DNA from: Podarcis cretensis
Taxonomy: Eukaryota
Reading direction: 5' to 3'
Length of the DNA: 64,000 nucleotides
Assembly (NCBI GenBank): GCA_951804945.1
Contig: OX638156.1
Span: forward strand, 49,166,001 to 49,230,000
In this document: positions 26,244 to 37,245 of the stretch, piece after piece
Position numbering within the stretch: position 1 is the first letter of the stretch
How the letters are laid out: each line of letters starts with the position of its first letter
Program-made: the position numbers and the translations under genes
Notes under the pieces: model-generated
Told to the model about the DNA's origin: nothing
The model's input: the letters and a program-made list of their open reading frames with translations, nothing else
Database searches by the model: none

Positions 26244-27537
26244 TAAGAATGAAAAGTTGCATGACCAATGTATTCATTATTACCATCGTGTTTATGGTCA
26301 TTTGAATTTCCAGGCTGTGGCAAAAATGCCTGATATGGTTCAGGGTATGAAGCTGAAAGAATGTCCCTACCACATGAAATGTGTTTCTTGTGCTGAGAGT
26401 AAGGCAAGGCAAGCTCCCAAAGGTACAGAGTCTGGGAGAGAGGCCAAGAAACCATACGAAGTCATTCATGCAAACTTAGTGGGGCCTCTAGCGCTCTCTA
26501 GAGGCAATTCAAGGTTTTTCATGGTTTTGATAGACTCCTACTCTAAATATGCATGGATCTATATACTACAGAAAAAGTCTGAAGCCTTTACCAAGTTTCG
26601 TCAGTTTTGTAAATGGCTCAGGAATGTACATAATGAGAATGTGCATTGTGTTTTCACTGACAGGGGTGGAGAGTTTTGTTCAGAAGAGTTTGAGGCTTTT
26701 CTTTCTGAACAGGGCATTGAGCATAGGACTGCCACGCCCAGATCGCCCTGGCAGAATGGTTTATGTGAGAGAATGAACCAGACCCTGCAGCAAGGAATCA
26801 GAACATTGTTACATGATTCGGGGCTGCCCAATCCTTTTTGGGCCGAAGCTCTTTCGTTTTTCTGTTACATGTATAACAGGAGGTACCAGTCTAGTGTAAA
26901 TTGCACCCCATATGAGATGCTTCACGGAAGGAAGCCATGTGTGAAGCACTTTAAAATTTTTGGTTCGGAGGTTTGGGTGCACACCTCGCAGGGTGACAAA
27001 CTGAGTAAGCGTGGAGAACATGGTGTTTTCCTAGGATATGAGAAAGGGTCTTATCGTGTCCTGATCACAGACACGAAAACCATAAGGCTGACCAGGAGTA
27101 TTGACGACAATCCACAATGGGACAGAGTTGGCGTTTTTCAGTGTCATCCCATTTGTGATGATGGTGCAAAAGGGGCAAAGAAAGTTAAGAGGGAGGCAAG
27201 TTCTGATGTGATTGATAATCCTGATGCCAATGTAGATCCAGATGATGGCACAGATTATCAGAGCCCAAAAGCCTCAGGTGAGTCTGACGCTGATTCAGAC
27301 TTAGCAGCTTCATATACTTTAGCTCCCCATTCTCCCAAAGAGGAGGAAGCACCAGAACAAGAGGATCAAAGAGTTTTGCGCAGATCTGAGAGAATGACCA
27401 AGGGGGTACCACCGAAAAGGTTTTCTGAAGAGTTTGCAAAGGCTGCGGTCACATGCAACTCTGGTGGGGTTTTTAAACCTAGCATGAAGTGTGCTGAGAG
27501 TAGTAGCACAAAACGCTTCATTGATTTCCTTACCTGA
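26164..27537 (+). CDS. Copia integrase ORF (457 aa), +1 frame relative to Gag-PR
   Basis: HRVYGH...CVSC zinc finger. Catalytic core HANLVGP / TDRGGEF / QNGLCERMNQTL. Also FWAEA, TPYEML, GVFLGY and the C-terminal RRSER...PPKRF motif. No RT domain follows. Confidence 0.93.
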   Translation: MVCINCLLFQVQVLQKQLRKSCNLSIDKNEKLHDQCIHYYHRVYGHLNFQAVAKMPDMVQGMKLKECPYHMKCVSCAESKARQAPKGTESGREAKKPYEVIHANLVGPLALSRGNSRFFMVLIDSYSKYAWIYILQKKSEAFTKFRQFCKWLRNVHNENVHCVFTDRGGEFCSEEFEAFLSEQGIEHRTATPRSPWQNGLCERMNQTLQQGIRTLLHDSGLPNPFWAEALSFFCYMYNRRYQSSVNCTPYEMLHGRKPCVKHFKIFGSEVWVHTSQGDKLSKRGEHGVFLGYEKGSYRVLITDTKTIRLTRSIDDNPQWDRVGVFQCHPICDDGAKGAKKVKREASSDVIDNPDANVDPDDGTDYQSPKASGESDADSDLAASYTLAPHSPKEEEAPEQEDQRVLRRSERMTKGVPPKRFSEEFAKAAVTCNSGGVFKPSMKCAESSSTKRFIDFLT

Positions 27538-27872
27538 TATTTGAAGCAAGCGTGTGTTTGTGTTTAAAGTGGTTTGTTCAAATCTGCCTAATTAGAAATG
27601 TAAATTTGTATTTGAGAGGAAGAAATGTGTATGAAGATTTTTCCAGAAGCTGCTTATTCATTTGTGTATTCACAGTGTGTATTTTGTGTAAACTACAGGT
27701 TGAGATTTATGTTTTAACTCTTTCCTAATAGACACAGAGAGGTTGTAGTAACTGTTTAATGATGTGATAAAGTGTCTTAGATAAGGGGGAGAAAGATACC
27801 TGCAAATATGTTACCAAGGTTGTAAGCAGAGAACAATTTTTGGAGTGTGTGTGCAAATTGCAGTTATGTTAA
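27538..27872 (+). pseudogene. Eroded RT/RNase H remnant
   Basis: VYEDFSRSCL at 27627-27656 (cf. copia RNase H IYEDNQSCI). ANM-(frameshift)-TKVVSREQFLECVCKLQLC* at 27802-27872 (cf. ADMLTKxL..F). Possible YLKQA at 27538-27552. Confidence 0.65.
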
Positions 27873-27892
27873 AGATTCTTGAATGGTCGGAT

Positions 27893-27906
27893 GAAATGGG
27901 GGAGGA
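27893..27906 (+). promoter_or_regulatory. Polypurine tract
   Basis: GAAATGGGGGAGGA immediately before the 3' LTR. Confidence 0.9.
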
Positions 27907-28451
27907 TGAGGAGATTTCACCCCTCCCATACCCAAGAATCTCCTGAGAATCTCCTGAGGTCTCTGCTGACTCTACAGAGAGGAGGAGCAATGTACTGCTC
28001 TCTACTTAATTAGTCAAGTGAGTGAATCTGTGTGTGAGAGAGAGTCAGTCAGTGTGTCAGAGAGAGAGTGCAAGAGATCGTGTTTATAGATAAGATTGCT
28101 GCTAAGAGCAGCTGCAGGCACTCAGAGTATAGCATTAATTTATGCTCAGAATATTTAGCTCTGTATATAGTTTGTATCATAGCTGTAGTTATAGAATAAA
28201 GGAGGATATTTTACAGAGCTGCTCTCCGAGTGGTTTATACTCTGCAAGACTCTGCAAAACGCTGCTGCGCAACGACTGTATAATTGAGACAGTGAATCCG
28301 GTGCTCTCAGCTCCAAGCTGTGAGTCCACAGCACTGTGACCTGTTCCTGTGGGAAAGGAGGTCTCTGGCAGTGCTACCCAGCTCGCCTAGCCCAGTCGGG
28401 GCTGTAGTGCATGAGTCCAGTTGGTACACTGGCTCAAGGGCGATGCTGACA
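27907..28451 (+). repeat. 3' LTR (545 bp)
   Basis: Near-identical copy of the 5' LTR. AATAAA at 28195-28200. Confidence 0.97.
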
Positions 28452-28768
28452 GGCACTACATGGGCCTGTTCTCTTTCTAGAATATCAGCAGATTTTAGAC
28501 AGACTTTCCTGCATTCCCATTGGTTGTTTCCTTGCATGGATGGATGTTGTCTATAGAATTCAACTGCATTTTGTGCTTTAGTTGTTAATTCTGATTGCAG
28601 TCAGAGAGAAAGCTAACATACTGGGGGATTTTTAGTTGTGAGAGAAGTCTGCCAAGCTCTGGTCTCCTTTAATTATCTTTGAGAGACAGCTGAGGTTTTA
28701 TATAATGATCCATGGTGTGATGGAAGTAGGGTTTTTTTCTCTATCTCTCTATAAATTGATTAAGAGTA

Positions 28769-28975
28769 CTGTAAGCCCGCAACTTACACAGGGGTTATAT
28801 TGCGAGGATCACACCCAAGGCCAAAATTATGTATAGTCAAACGCATCAGGTTCAATGGTGAGTGGGATGGCCAAAGTATTTTTTCCTAGACTGCCCCCTT
28901 TCTTTTTTAAAAAATTGCCAAGCACCTAAAGCTGAACATACACAAGTTAAATGCATGTAAGTTGCGGACTTACTG
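28769..28975. mobile_element. Tigger-like MITE
   Basis: Imperfect TIR CTGTAAGCCCGCAACTTAC / GTAAGTTGCGGACTTACTG with TA on the left flank. Confidence 0.7.
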
Positions 28976-28979
28976 TCAT

Positions 28980-29080
28980 TTCAGGACTGGTCAGAGAAAG
29001 TACTTCTTCACACAGCACCTATCTGATTGCCTCAGTGCAGTGAAGGCTGTTGGCTTAGATAGCTTTTAAGGGGTACAAAT
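28980..29080 (+). mobile_element. CR1 3'-end remnant
   Basis: agaaagtacttcttcacacag...ggcttagatagcttttaagggg resembles CR1 3' ends. Boundaries approximate. Confidence 0.55.
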
Positions 29081-30781
29081 TAGTGGTGGCTTTCCACTTT
29101 GTGGCTTCTGGGTGTGATAGCTGAATGGAAAGATCCTGATTAAGAGGCAGCATGCCATTGACATCCATTGCTGAGGGACAAAAGTGGGAGATGGCTCTTG
29201 CCTCCATCCCCTGCTGGTGGGCTTATCTGGCTGTCCATTTGTGAAGCTTTGCTGGATTGGAGAGTCATTTGGTCTAACCCAACAGATGTTCAGATGGCCT
29301 GCTACCAGAACTGCAAGCTTTGTTCTTCTGGATTGCTTCATTGAGGGGAGGATTTTTCCTACTGTGGAGGGCAAAGTTGAGAGACCAAACCTATTCCTAA
29401 AAGAACTTCTTGTTGTTGATGGGAATAATAACCTGCTTTCAGAGCATTCAAGTTATTTATTTTAACAATCATGTGCTATGTTGCAATTACATTAGCACTA
29501 ATGTGTTTCATGCCCTACTCTTCCCTATATAGTGCTTGTCGTCCTTTCCAGCCTCCAGCATTGCTGGTCTGTACGTGTTAAAGCTGCTGTGCTTGGCTAA
29601 AACTGGAAGCAATCTGTCCTGAGATGCTCCTATTTTAGTGACAGCTTTCTAAATGCCTGTAGAACAACTGTGTCACCAGAGACAGGCAGCCTCTCGTGCA
29701 AACCCCAATTAGGGTTAAGTGCACAGAGAGTTGTTCTGGCAAGAGGGAGAAATTGGATGAGCTATCTTCCTGGTATATATCCGTAGTATATTATTGGCTT
29801 AGTTCAGGTGGGCCCAGACTGAAGCATAAAGGTTGGTTGGTCAGTCAGTGTAAATTTCACTGATAGGATATTGCACTATAGTTTATGCATATTACTTTTT
29901 CCATTAAGGCTTGTTTCTGGATCTACACATCACCCTGGATCTAAACAGACATGTTTGAAAACTGATATTGTCTGACCAACAGGTCAGATGAGTAGTTTTG
30001 TATTCTGGGAGCTCTTTCACACTATTGGATAGAAATTGTTGCATTTCTCAGAGTGTTTGTCTATCCAAAAGTGAACAAAGAGCAAATTCTCTAAAATCAG
30101 TTGGACAACAGAAAAATCTTTAGGTGTTTACAGTCAAGAAAGGTAGGACAAAGACAGAGGTCTACAAGGAATGATTTCTGCATGGAGGAACTGTCATCTT
30201 CAAGCCTGAGGTGCAGTAGTGAGATCCCTAAAAAGCAAGTGGTATCTTAATGCAAATTCCCCTCCATGGTAAGGATATGAAAAAAATAGGTCTCAAATGT
30301 AGTGAGGGCCTATGCTGTTGTTTGGTTGCTTAAGATGTGGAGATGATATTTCAGGGCTTCTGAAAATAAGGTGTGTTTTGCAGGGCTGGTTATTTCAATC
30401 TAATACCAAATCCTTGTTCTAAAAAAAGAGTCCTGATAGAATTTGACAAAGTAAGAAATCAGTACATTTTGAGGATGGCAGGGAATGCTTGTCACAACCC
30501 AAGCTCCTAGTATTCAATTCTGTAGGATGAGTCTGCCTGACATTTTCCACCCTGCTGTGAAAGAAATCTGCCCCCTCCCCAATAGCTTAATCTGCTAAAA
30601 GGGCTAGGGTATTTTTGGTTCAGATTCCAAATGAAACACCAAAGTTGAAACACCACAGTTGTTTGAGGGGAGGAAATAGATATTTGCTGAATAGCCAGAA
30701 ACCATAATTTTAATTTTCAAACAAGAAAGCACAAGTGAAGTCTGGGTAGAAATAACAAACCAGTGATATTAAGTTCAGTAA

Positions 30782-30808
30782 TCTCTCTCTCTCTATATAT
30801 ATATATAT
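30782..30808. repeat. (TC)n(TA)n compound microsatellite
   Basis: Direct reading. Confidence 0.85.
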
Positions 30809-32968
30809 GAATCTCTTGTTAATATGTAATCTTATATTCTAGGGCTCAACATCTATACTTGTGAGATCTTAATTTATCTAAGTTGGTACTCAGCATCTCT
30901 TTCAAACCTTCAACCTGGTTTGGAGAAGCCTGATTGTATCAGATGTGGCAAAGGGGAGCAGTTGCAGGCTCCCTGATTCTGCCAGCTAAGTTGACAGCCT
31001 TCTTGAGAGCCCTACAACCTTCTTTGAAACTTCTCCTTGAGAGTCCAGTAGTGCATTGCTTTCTTGAAAGGAAAAGGTGGTGATGGTGGAACATCTAGTT
31101 TATTGGGAATTAGAGCCGGCAGTGTAATTGACCTTAATCTGGAAATGTACCAAACTCTTTACTTTGAGTTCTGTAACCCTCAGTGTCTTATCTTATCTCA
31201 CTTGGGTGGAGTGAAATGGCTGTAAGTAGGATACCCTCTGTTAATGCCAGAAACTTCCCTTCCCTTCCCCAAATACAAAGTCTCTATCCCTTATATATCC
31301 TGTGTTAAAACTTTCATTCAGATCTTCAGTGCACTGTCAGAGGATTATTTTCTGTGGGACAGAATTACTTCTTGGGTGTTGCTTTAATAACAACACCAAA
31401 AGCTTTGATTAGATGTGCCTGGAAGCCATTTTGAATTATGCAAAGTATAATGCACAAAGTATCTGTGGTTTTTCTTCAATCAGTGAAAGCTATAGGGGTA
31501 GAATGTAGGGTTCTGTGTGTGTGCATATGCATGCAAATTCTTCTGTAACAAGTAACGTGAAAACTGTTGCTCTTAGACCTGTTTCAGACGTTACTGCAGG
31601 GCACCCATATTACAATGACTTTCGTGTCACTTGAATGATTAAGATAGTAGTTTCACTGTGGATGCAGTCAGCTTGTTTCCATCTTTCTCTAAGTTAGGGT
31701 GGGCAACCTGTGGCGTTCCAGATGTTGTTGGAATCTATTTTCCATCAACCCTAGGGATGATGGAAGTTGTAGTCCAACAACATCTGGAGGGCCACATGCT
31801 GTCCACCCCTGCTGTAAAGAGTGAAAGTGACATCTAACAATTTCAAAGTGAAACATGTCTCCTGAAACAATGGTTCTCTCCAGTACTATGTGCAGTTACC
31901 CTGTAATTCTCATTTTAAGGAATGGTATTAAATCATTTGAGTGTGGCAGTGTGTTTTTCTAAGGTGTCACCCATGTTCCTAAAATTTTATAGACTAACAT
32001 GACAAAGGCCTGGTTTCTACTCTACGGGGCATTCAACCTGAACTTTGTAACTGAAGGAGATGACAGAAAGTGGAAAGGGAAAGTCAGAAATAAGAGAATG
32101 AATGTACACAGATGTAGTTGCAGGTAATTGGGCTTTCCTGCAGCCGAAAGCAAAGAGAAGAGGAAGCTCAGAGCCAGCTCAGACCTTCCAAACCTTTCTG
32201 TCTGGGACACTTGGGACTCTTGCTTGGCCACACCCCTCTCCAGGCCACATTCCTCTCTTACTTCATCTGAATCCTTGCCTGTTTTTGTCTGTCTGAAATA
32301 AATCCTTAAATCATGATGATGTCTCCCATGTTCCCCACCTCTGCCTTAAAGAAACAAGTAAAACTAACTTGAGCTTTTAAACTTTGGATGAGTTTTATTG
32401 TCACTAACTGATCTGCATTAAATTAACACACACACCCCTAGTTTAATTTGATTCCTTATGTAGGCAAACTCTGAACTACTAGCTCAGATCCTATGAATTC
32501 CATTGGTATGAACCCATTCACTCTGTTGCAGCCTTCCTGGAGGGCAATAGAGGGCAATTAAATTTTGGTGTTGGTCTTTGTCTGAAAATTTATTGACAAC
32601 TTTAACCTCCCTGAAAAGGTTCTAATTCACAATGTGAGTTAATTCACTATTTATGAAACCTTTAGTTCAGCCTTAAGTTGAAGGTTAGGTTGAGGAACTA
32701 ATGCTACAGTCCTAAATATAATTGCATGGAAGTAAGAACCACCAAACACAGTGGGAATTGCTCCTGAGAAAGCACAAATAGACTTTGCAAGTCTTCCTAA
32801 TGTCACCGAAGATTGCAATACATGGAAGATTATGCTTCACAAACGACAAATTGCTTCTGTTGAGGCCCAACATAGAATTTATTATGCTGTAGTATGTGTA
32901 ATACATTAAAGTTGTAGGCAAATGGGAGGAAATCCTTTGTCTTAATTTTAATATTTTTTCCCCCACAG

Positions 32969-32991
32969 GTATAGCCTTTACAGACCTCCCT
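32969..32991 (+). CDS. RANBP10: RANBP10 exon 5 (23-nt microexon)
   Basis: ttttttcccccacag| (G)IAFTDLP |gtaagt. Needed to join phase-1 exon 4 to phase-0 exon 6. Confidence 0.94.
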
Positions 32992-34745
32992 GTAAGTACA
33001 ACTATTTTCAGTATTTTAACAAAAGATTCAAATTGAAGGGAGGGGGGAAATTGACTGAGATATTTTGATGTCTTCTCTTTGCCATGCCATCTGGAAGTGG
33101 TTAGTATGAGGCTTCTTGCTTGATGTGTTTGCATTGAATCAGGTTGGCAAGTTTCTTTTAGCAAAACTAGCTACAGAAAGAGTGCTGGTTATTATCAGGC
33201 TTTTCTTGGAACATACTGGAAGTGTAGGGAAAACTCAAATTATTGCAAGGTTGTTTGGAATTCAATAGTTTTTCAGGGATATGGTTTGCCTGCTTTAAAA
33301 TAAACAATGCAAGACGTCTGTCTAGAATAAAGCAGGACCTCTATGTTGCCTTGGCTGCCTCAGGCAAGCTAAAAATAACACGAGTTAGTGAATTGTTCAG
33401 CAATGCAAGTTAGCCAAGCAAACAAAGAGAATTCCCAGTTTCTGAAATGTTCCATTTTGTTTTTGCTATACAAACTACTACATCCACAATCCAAACATTT
33501 CCTTGCCTCTTGGACTTGCTAGTTGGAGTCCAAATCTAACAACACCGTAGCAAATCAAGTAAGAAATTTCTTTTCAGCATGAGCAAAGTTCAAGGGCTTT
33601 TGGATAAAAATGGTAGTCTGAGGGTTGATTTGTTCTATGGAACTTTGTACAAGAGTCCCAGAGCTGATAACAAAATGCACATGCATTGGTTCTATTAGAA
33701 ACAGTGCATGTATGTGTAATTTTTCCCTCTTTAGAAATGTGCATCAGCATGTGGGCTGATGCATTCTTGCTTACCACTGGAGCATGCGGCAAAGGAAAAG
33801 TCTGAGATTATGCATTTTGTATGCTGGAATCAGCACCAGAGTACAAAACATGTAAGCAGTTGCACTTCCGAAACATGCAAGACAAACAGGCTTACAAAAA
33901 GAAAAATTTGCAACAGCAGTAGGGAGAACAGGTAGACCATTCATGAGTTAGGTTAGGAGTGGGAACCTGTGGCCCTCCAGATATTGCTGGGTTACAACTC
34001 TCATTTGCCCTGACCAGCAGATCTAATGGTGAGGGGTGATTGGATTTGTAGTACAACAGCATCTGGAGGGCAATAGACTTAACTTGAGCATATGCAAGCG
34101 CTGGAATTTGCACTTTGAAAGCTATAGCAAAGATACCAACCTTGTATTTAACAACTTGCTCGGTTGCCATGGGCAACCAAGAATTTCATGCAGGCAAGTG
34201 AGCAAGCTGGCAGAAGAGGAGCATTCACTCCATCACTTTTCCATTAGCCCACTTGGTATCTGTGCTAGCTGTGGAAGAAAAGAAGTCATTTTCCTCCAAT
34301 AACCATCAGGGAAATGCAGCAGATTAATGTAGGGATGGATTGCTTTTTATCTTTTCTACTTGATGGAAGGCGTTAAAAAAAACAACCACCCGTTAACAGG
34401 CCAGTAGTTTGCATATACATGCTGCCCTCTCTTCCACAGCCAACATGGGACACACAGGGTACTAACCCCTAAGCAGGTTAGCATCCGCACTCCCAGATTA
34501 GTAACTTTGGGGAGCTAGTTTACAAGGCTGGATAATATTGCAATGCCAAATGGAAGTGTGCATTTTGGGGGTACATAGCATAATAGACCAGCTTAATACT
34601 TTAAAACTTCTTGAAAATCAAAACCAAAATGTATGTACATGCAGATATTACATGCCCCATGGTTGCTTAGCTTTGAAAGCAACTATTTAACAACCAAGGA
34701 ACAAACTTTTTGGGGGAGGGAGAGCTTTGTTTGAAACCTTCAAGT

Positions 34746-34881
34746 CAGGCTTCCTCAACCTCAGCCCTCCAGATGTTTTTGGCCTACAACTCCCATGATC
34801 CCTAGCTAGCAGGACCAGAGGTCAGGGATGCTGGAAATTGTAGTTTCAGAACATCTGGAGGGCCAAGGTTGAGGAAGTCTG
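34746..34881. mobile_element. Palindromic hAT MITE
   Basis: CAGGCTTCCTCAACCT...AGGTTGAGGAAGTCTG, core ccctccagatgtt...aacatctggaggg, 8-bp TSD cttcaagt/ctttaagt. Related copies near 14500, 16770, 23906, 31695, 33955, 35260, 48525, 49710, 58790 and 61040. Confidence 0.85.
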
Positions 34882-36404
34882 CTTTAAGTGCAGCTGAATT
34901 GCAGTCCAAGGTTTTCATTGCTATTATCAGTCTGGTTGTTTCGCTGTTATCTGTTGCTGCATTCAGACATGTCATTTGTTCAGATGATTTGTAGGTAGCA
35001 TTAGTTCCTTTCAGAAAGTGTTCATGATCAGTTAAAGATCCAGCCAAGGAGTAGGGCCCCTGCTTGTTTAAATGTAAGTTTATATAATTGCAAAGTTCAC
35101 TCTTAGTTGGGTAGCTGCAAACAATTTAAGAGGTACTTCTTTGCAATGGCTAGTTCCCTCCCCAATTTGCTTCCACGTCCTGCAGCACATCCAATATCCT
35201 GCCTACATGCTGTGTTTCGGGCCAGTCCTAATGAAAGATAGAATGCTACATTTTCTAGTCAGCCTTGGCTCCCCAGATTTTATTGGACCACAATCTGCAT
35301 CAGCCATAGCCAGCATGCCTAATGAACAGGGACGATAAGAATTGTAATCCAACAATATCTGGGGAACCATGCTTGGAAATCTGTTCTAGGTTATGGATTT
35401 GGTTACTGCATATGGACTTCCCTGTGATCCAGAACCGGAGGATATTGACTTCACTAGTAGAGTGTGAATTACAATACAATGCAAATTCAATATAGTTCCA
35501 GAATCAATAAAAATAAATGAAAACACCTAAATCATATGATTTCTAGCACCCACTGTTAGAAAAGAAATTAAGTTGGTTCAAATCTGTGAACGATGATGCT
35601 CTTTTCAGAGATCATCTGCTTCTCCTATGCTGAAAAGTTCTTACGCAATCAGTCTGCAACTCCATGAAATACTTGCCCACGATAAACATTCTTTGCCCTT
35701 TTGTCTACAGTCTGCTATTTCTGAAGTTGTCTTCTTTTTCCAGTTTAGTAGCAGTCCTTGAAGCTTAAGCTGCCTTTTATCTAATCCTTCCCAGTACACT
35801 GGTTTTCTTACTGCAGTTACTCTGTTGCTTGGAAGAGTGTTGCATGAGTCTTACTCTGAATTTTAGCTCTTCAGCTTCCTTTCTGCCCAGGCACTGAACT
35901 CTTCTCTACCTGTCCACTTAATTCTGAACCTTTGGATATTCAGTTCTTAGCTGCATGGCAATGAATTTATTTTTTGTGAGGGCTGTTCCTGTAGCATCAC
36001 TTTAATTCAAAATCAGCTGGAAAGGAGACCGGCTATATACAATCTTGACTTGACTGGTATCAGGAAAGATTTTGGATTTAAAAAATACTGTGAGTCATCT
36101 GATCCAATCAGATGTGATTTTAGACTTCTTTCTACTTTGAAATTACAACCAACAGGATAAGGTACTCTTCCAACCCACCCCTCTTCTTTACTGTCACCCT
36201 CTACACAGACTCAGGCTGCATCTAGTCAACCAGCCTGCCCATTCTTCCTCTCCTGGTGTGAAAAGTAATGCAATTCTAAGAATGTTTCTTGCTGAGAAAA
36301 AGTGAGCAGCATATGTAAGGACTTCATAATATTCCCGATAAAGTACCTAGATATTCAGAGCATGCTTGACCATTGCTTCTCACTAAGGGTACTGGGTTTC
36401 AGAT

Positions 36405-36630
36405 TTATTTATTTTTTAAATTACATTTATATATCACCTTTTCCTCAAAGGAACTCAAGGTGGTGTACATGGTTCTCCCTTCCCATTTTGTCCTCACAAC
36501 AACCCTGTGAGGCAGCTTAGACCTAGAGACTGGCTGGCCCAAGGTCACCCAGTGAGCTTCATAGCTGAGTGAGAATTCAAACCCTGGTCTCCCAGGTCCT
36601 AGTCCAACACTCTAACCATTACACCACCCT
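36405..36630 (-). mobile_element. CORE/MIR-like SINE
   Basis: Reverse complement of the 2545 family (cctcacaacaaccctgtgagg...cccaaggtcacccagtgagcttcat...aacactctaaccattacaccac). More eroded copies lie near 6640-6780, 14130-14250 and 48150-48280. Confidence 0.8.
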
Positions 36631-37039
36631 AGCACCTGGAAGGGAATGCAAGAAATGGATCTTCTAGCTAGCAAAAAGAAAGCAGCACAGCAAGGTTACC
36701 TGAATGAAGATAAGGAATAGAAGGGAATATTGGGGAAGGTCGTAGCTCAGCAGTAGAGCACATGTTTGCATGCAATTGGGAAAAGACTTCCTGGAGATCT
36801 GCTACTGAGATACTCAGTACTGAGTGTAGACAGTACTAAGCTAGATGGGGCCATGGTCTGACTTGGTATACAAGGTGGCTTCCTATGTCGCTTTCCACAA
36901 AAATATGGACAAGCTCACTAGAAGGTGAAGTGTAAGTTATTAGGGAGGTCAGACGAGTAATTTGGAATGAATGTACAAGATAGATTAGAAAAGCACAATT
37001 CACTGCCTGGCATGACTTTTTGGAAAGGAAATGTAGATA

Positions 37040-37245
37040 CAGTGGTACCTTGCTTTTTGAATGTAATCCATTCCGGAAGACAGTTCGAGTTCTGAAACAT
37101 TTGAAAACCAAACAATAGCCAACAGCTAGGCCTCAGGATCTTGCACTCAGCAGAAGCCGCGTGGTATGTTTGACTTCCAAGGCCTGTTTGAAAACAGAAG
37201 CATTTACTTCCGGGTTTACGGCGTTCGAAAACCGAGGTACCACTG
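37040..37245. mobile_element. Tigger-like MITE
   Basis: TA|CAGTGGTACCT...AGGTACCACTG|TA. Confidence 0.88.

Larger units (their letters stand above)
24119..28451 (+). mobile_element. Ty1/copia LTR retrotransposon lacking RT (4333 bp), in RANBP10 intron 4
   Basis: TG...CA LTRs at 24119-24663 and 27907-28451. TSD GGCAC at 24114-24118 and 28452-28456. PBS and PPT present. Domain order is gag-PR-IN, as in copia. Confidence 0.97.

Noticed and set aside
24119-28451. Endogenous retrovirus, gypsy element, or Ginger-type integrase DNA transposon
   Set aside because: Integrase directly follows protease, the Gag and IN motifs are copia-type, there is no env, and the element has true LTRs with PBS and PPT rather than TIRs.
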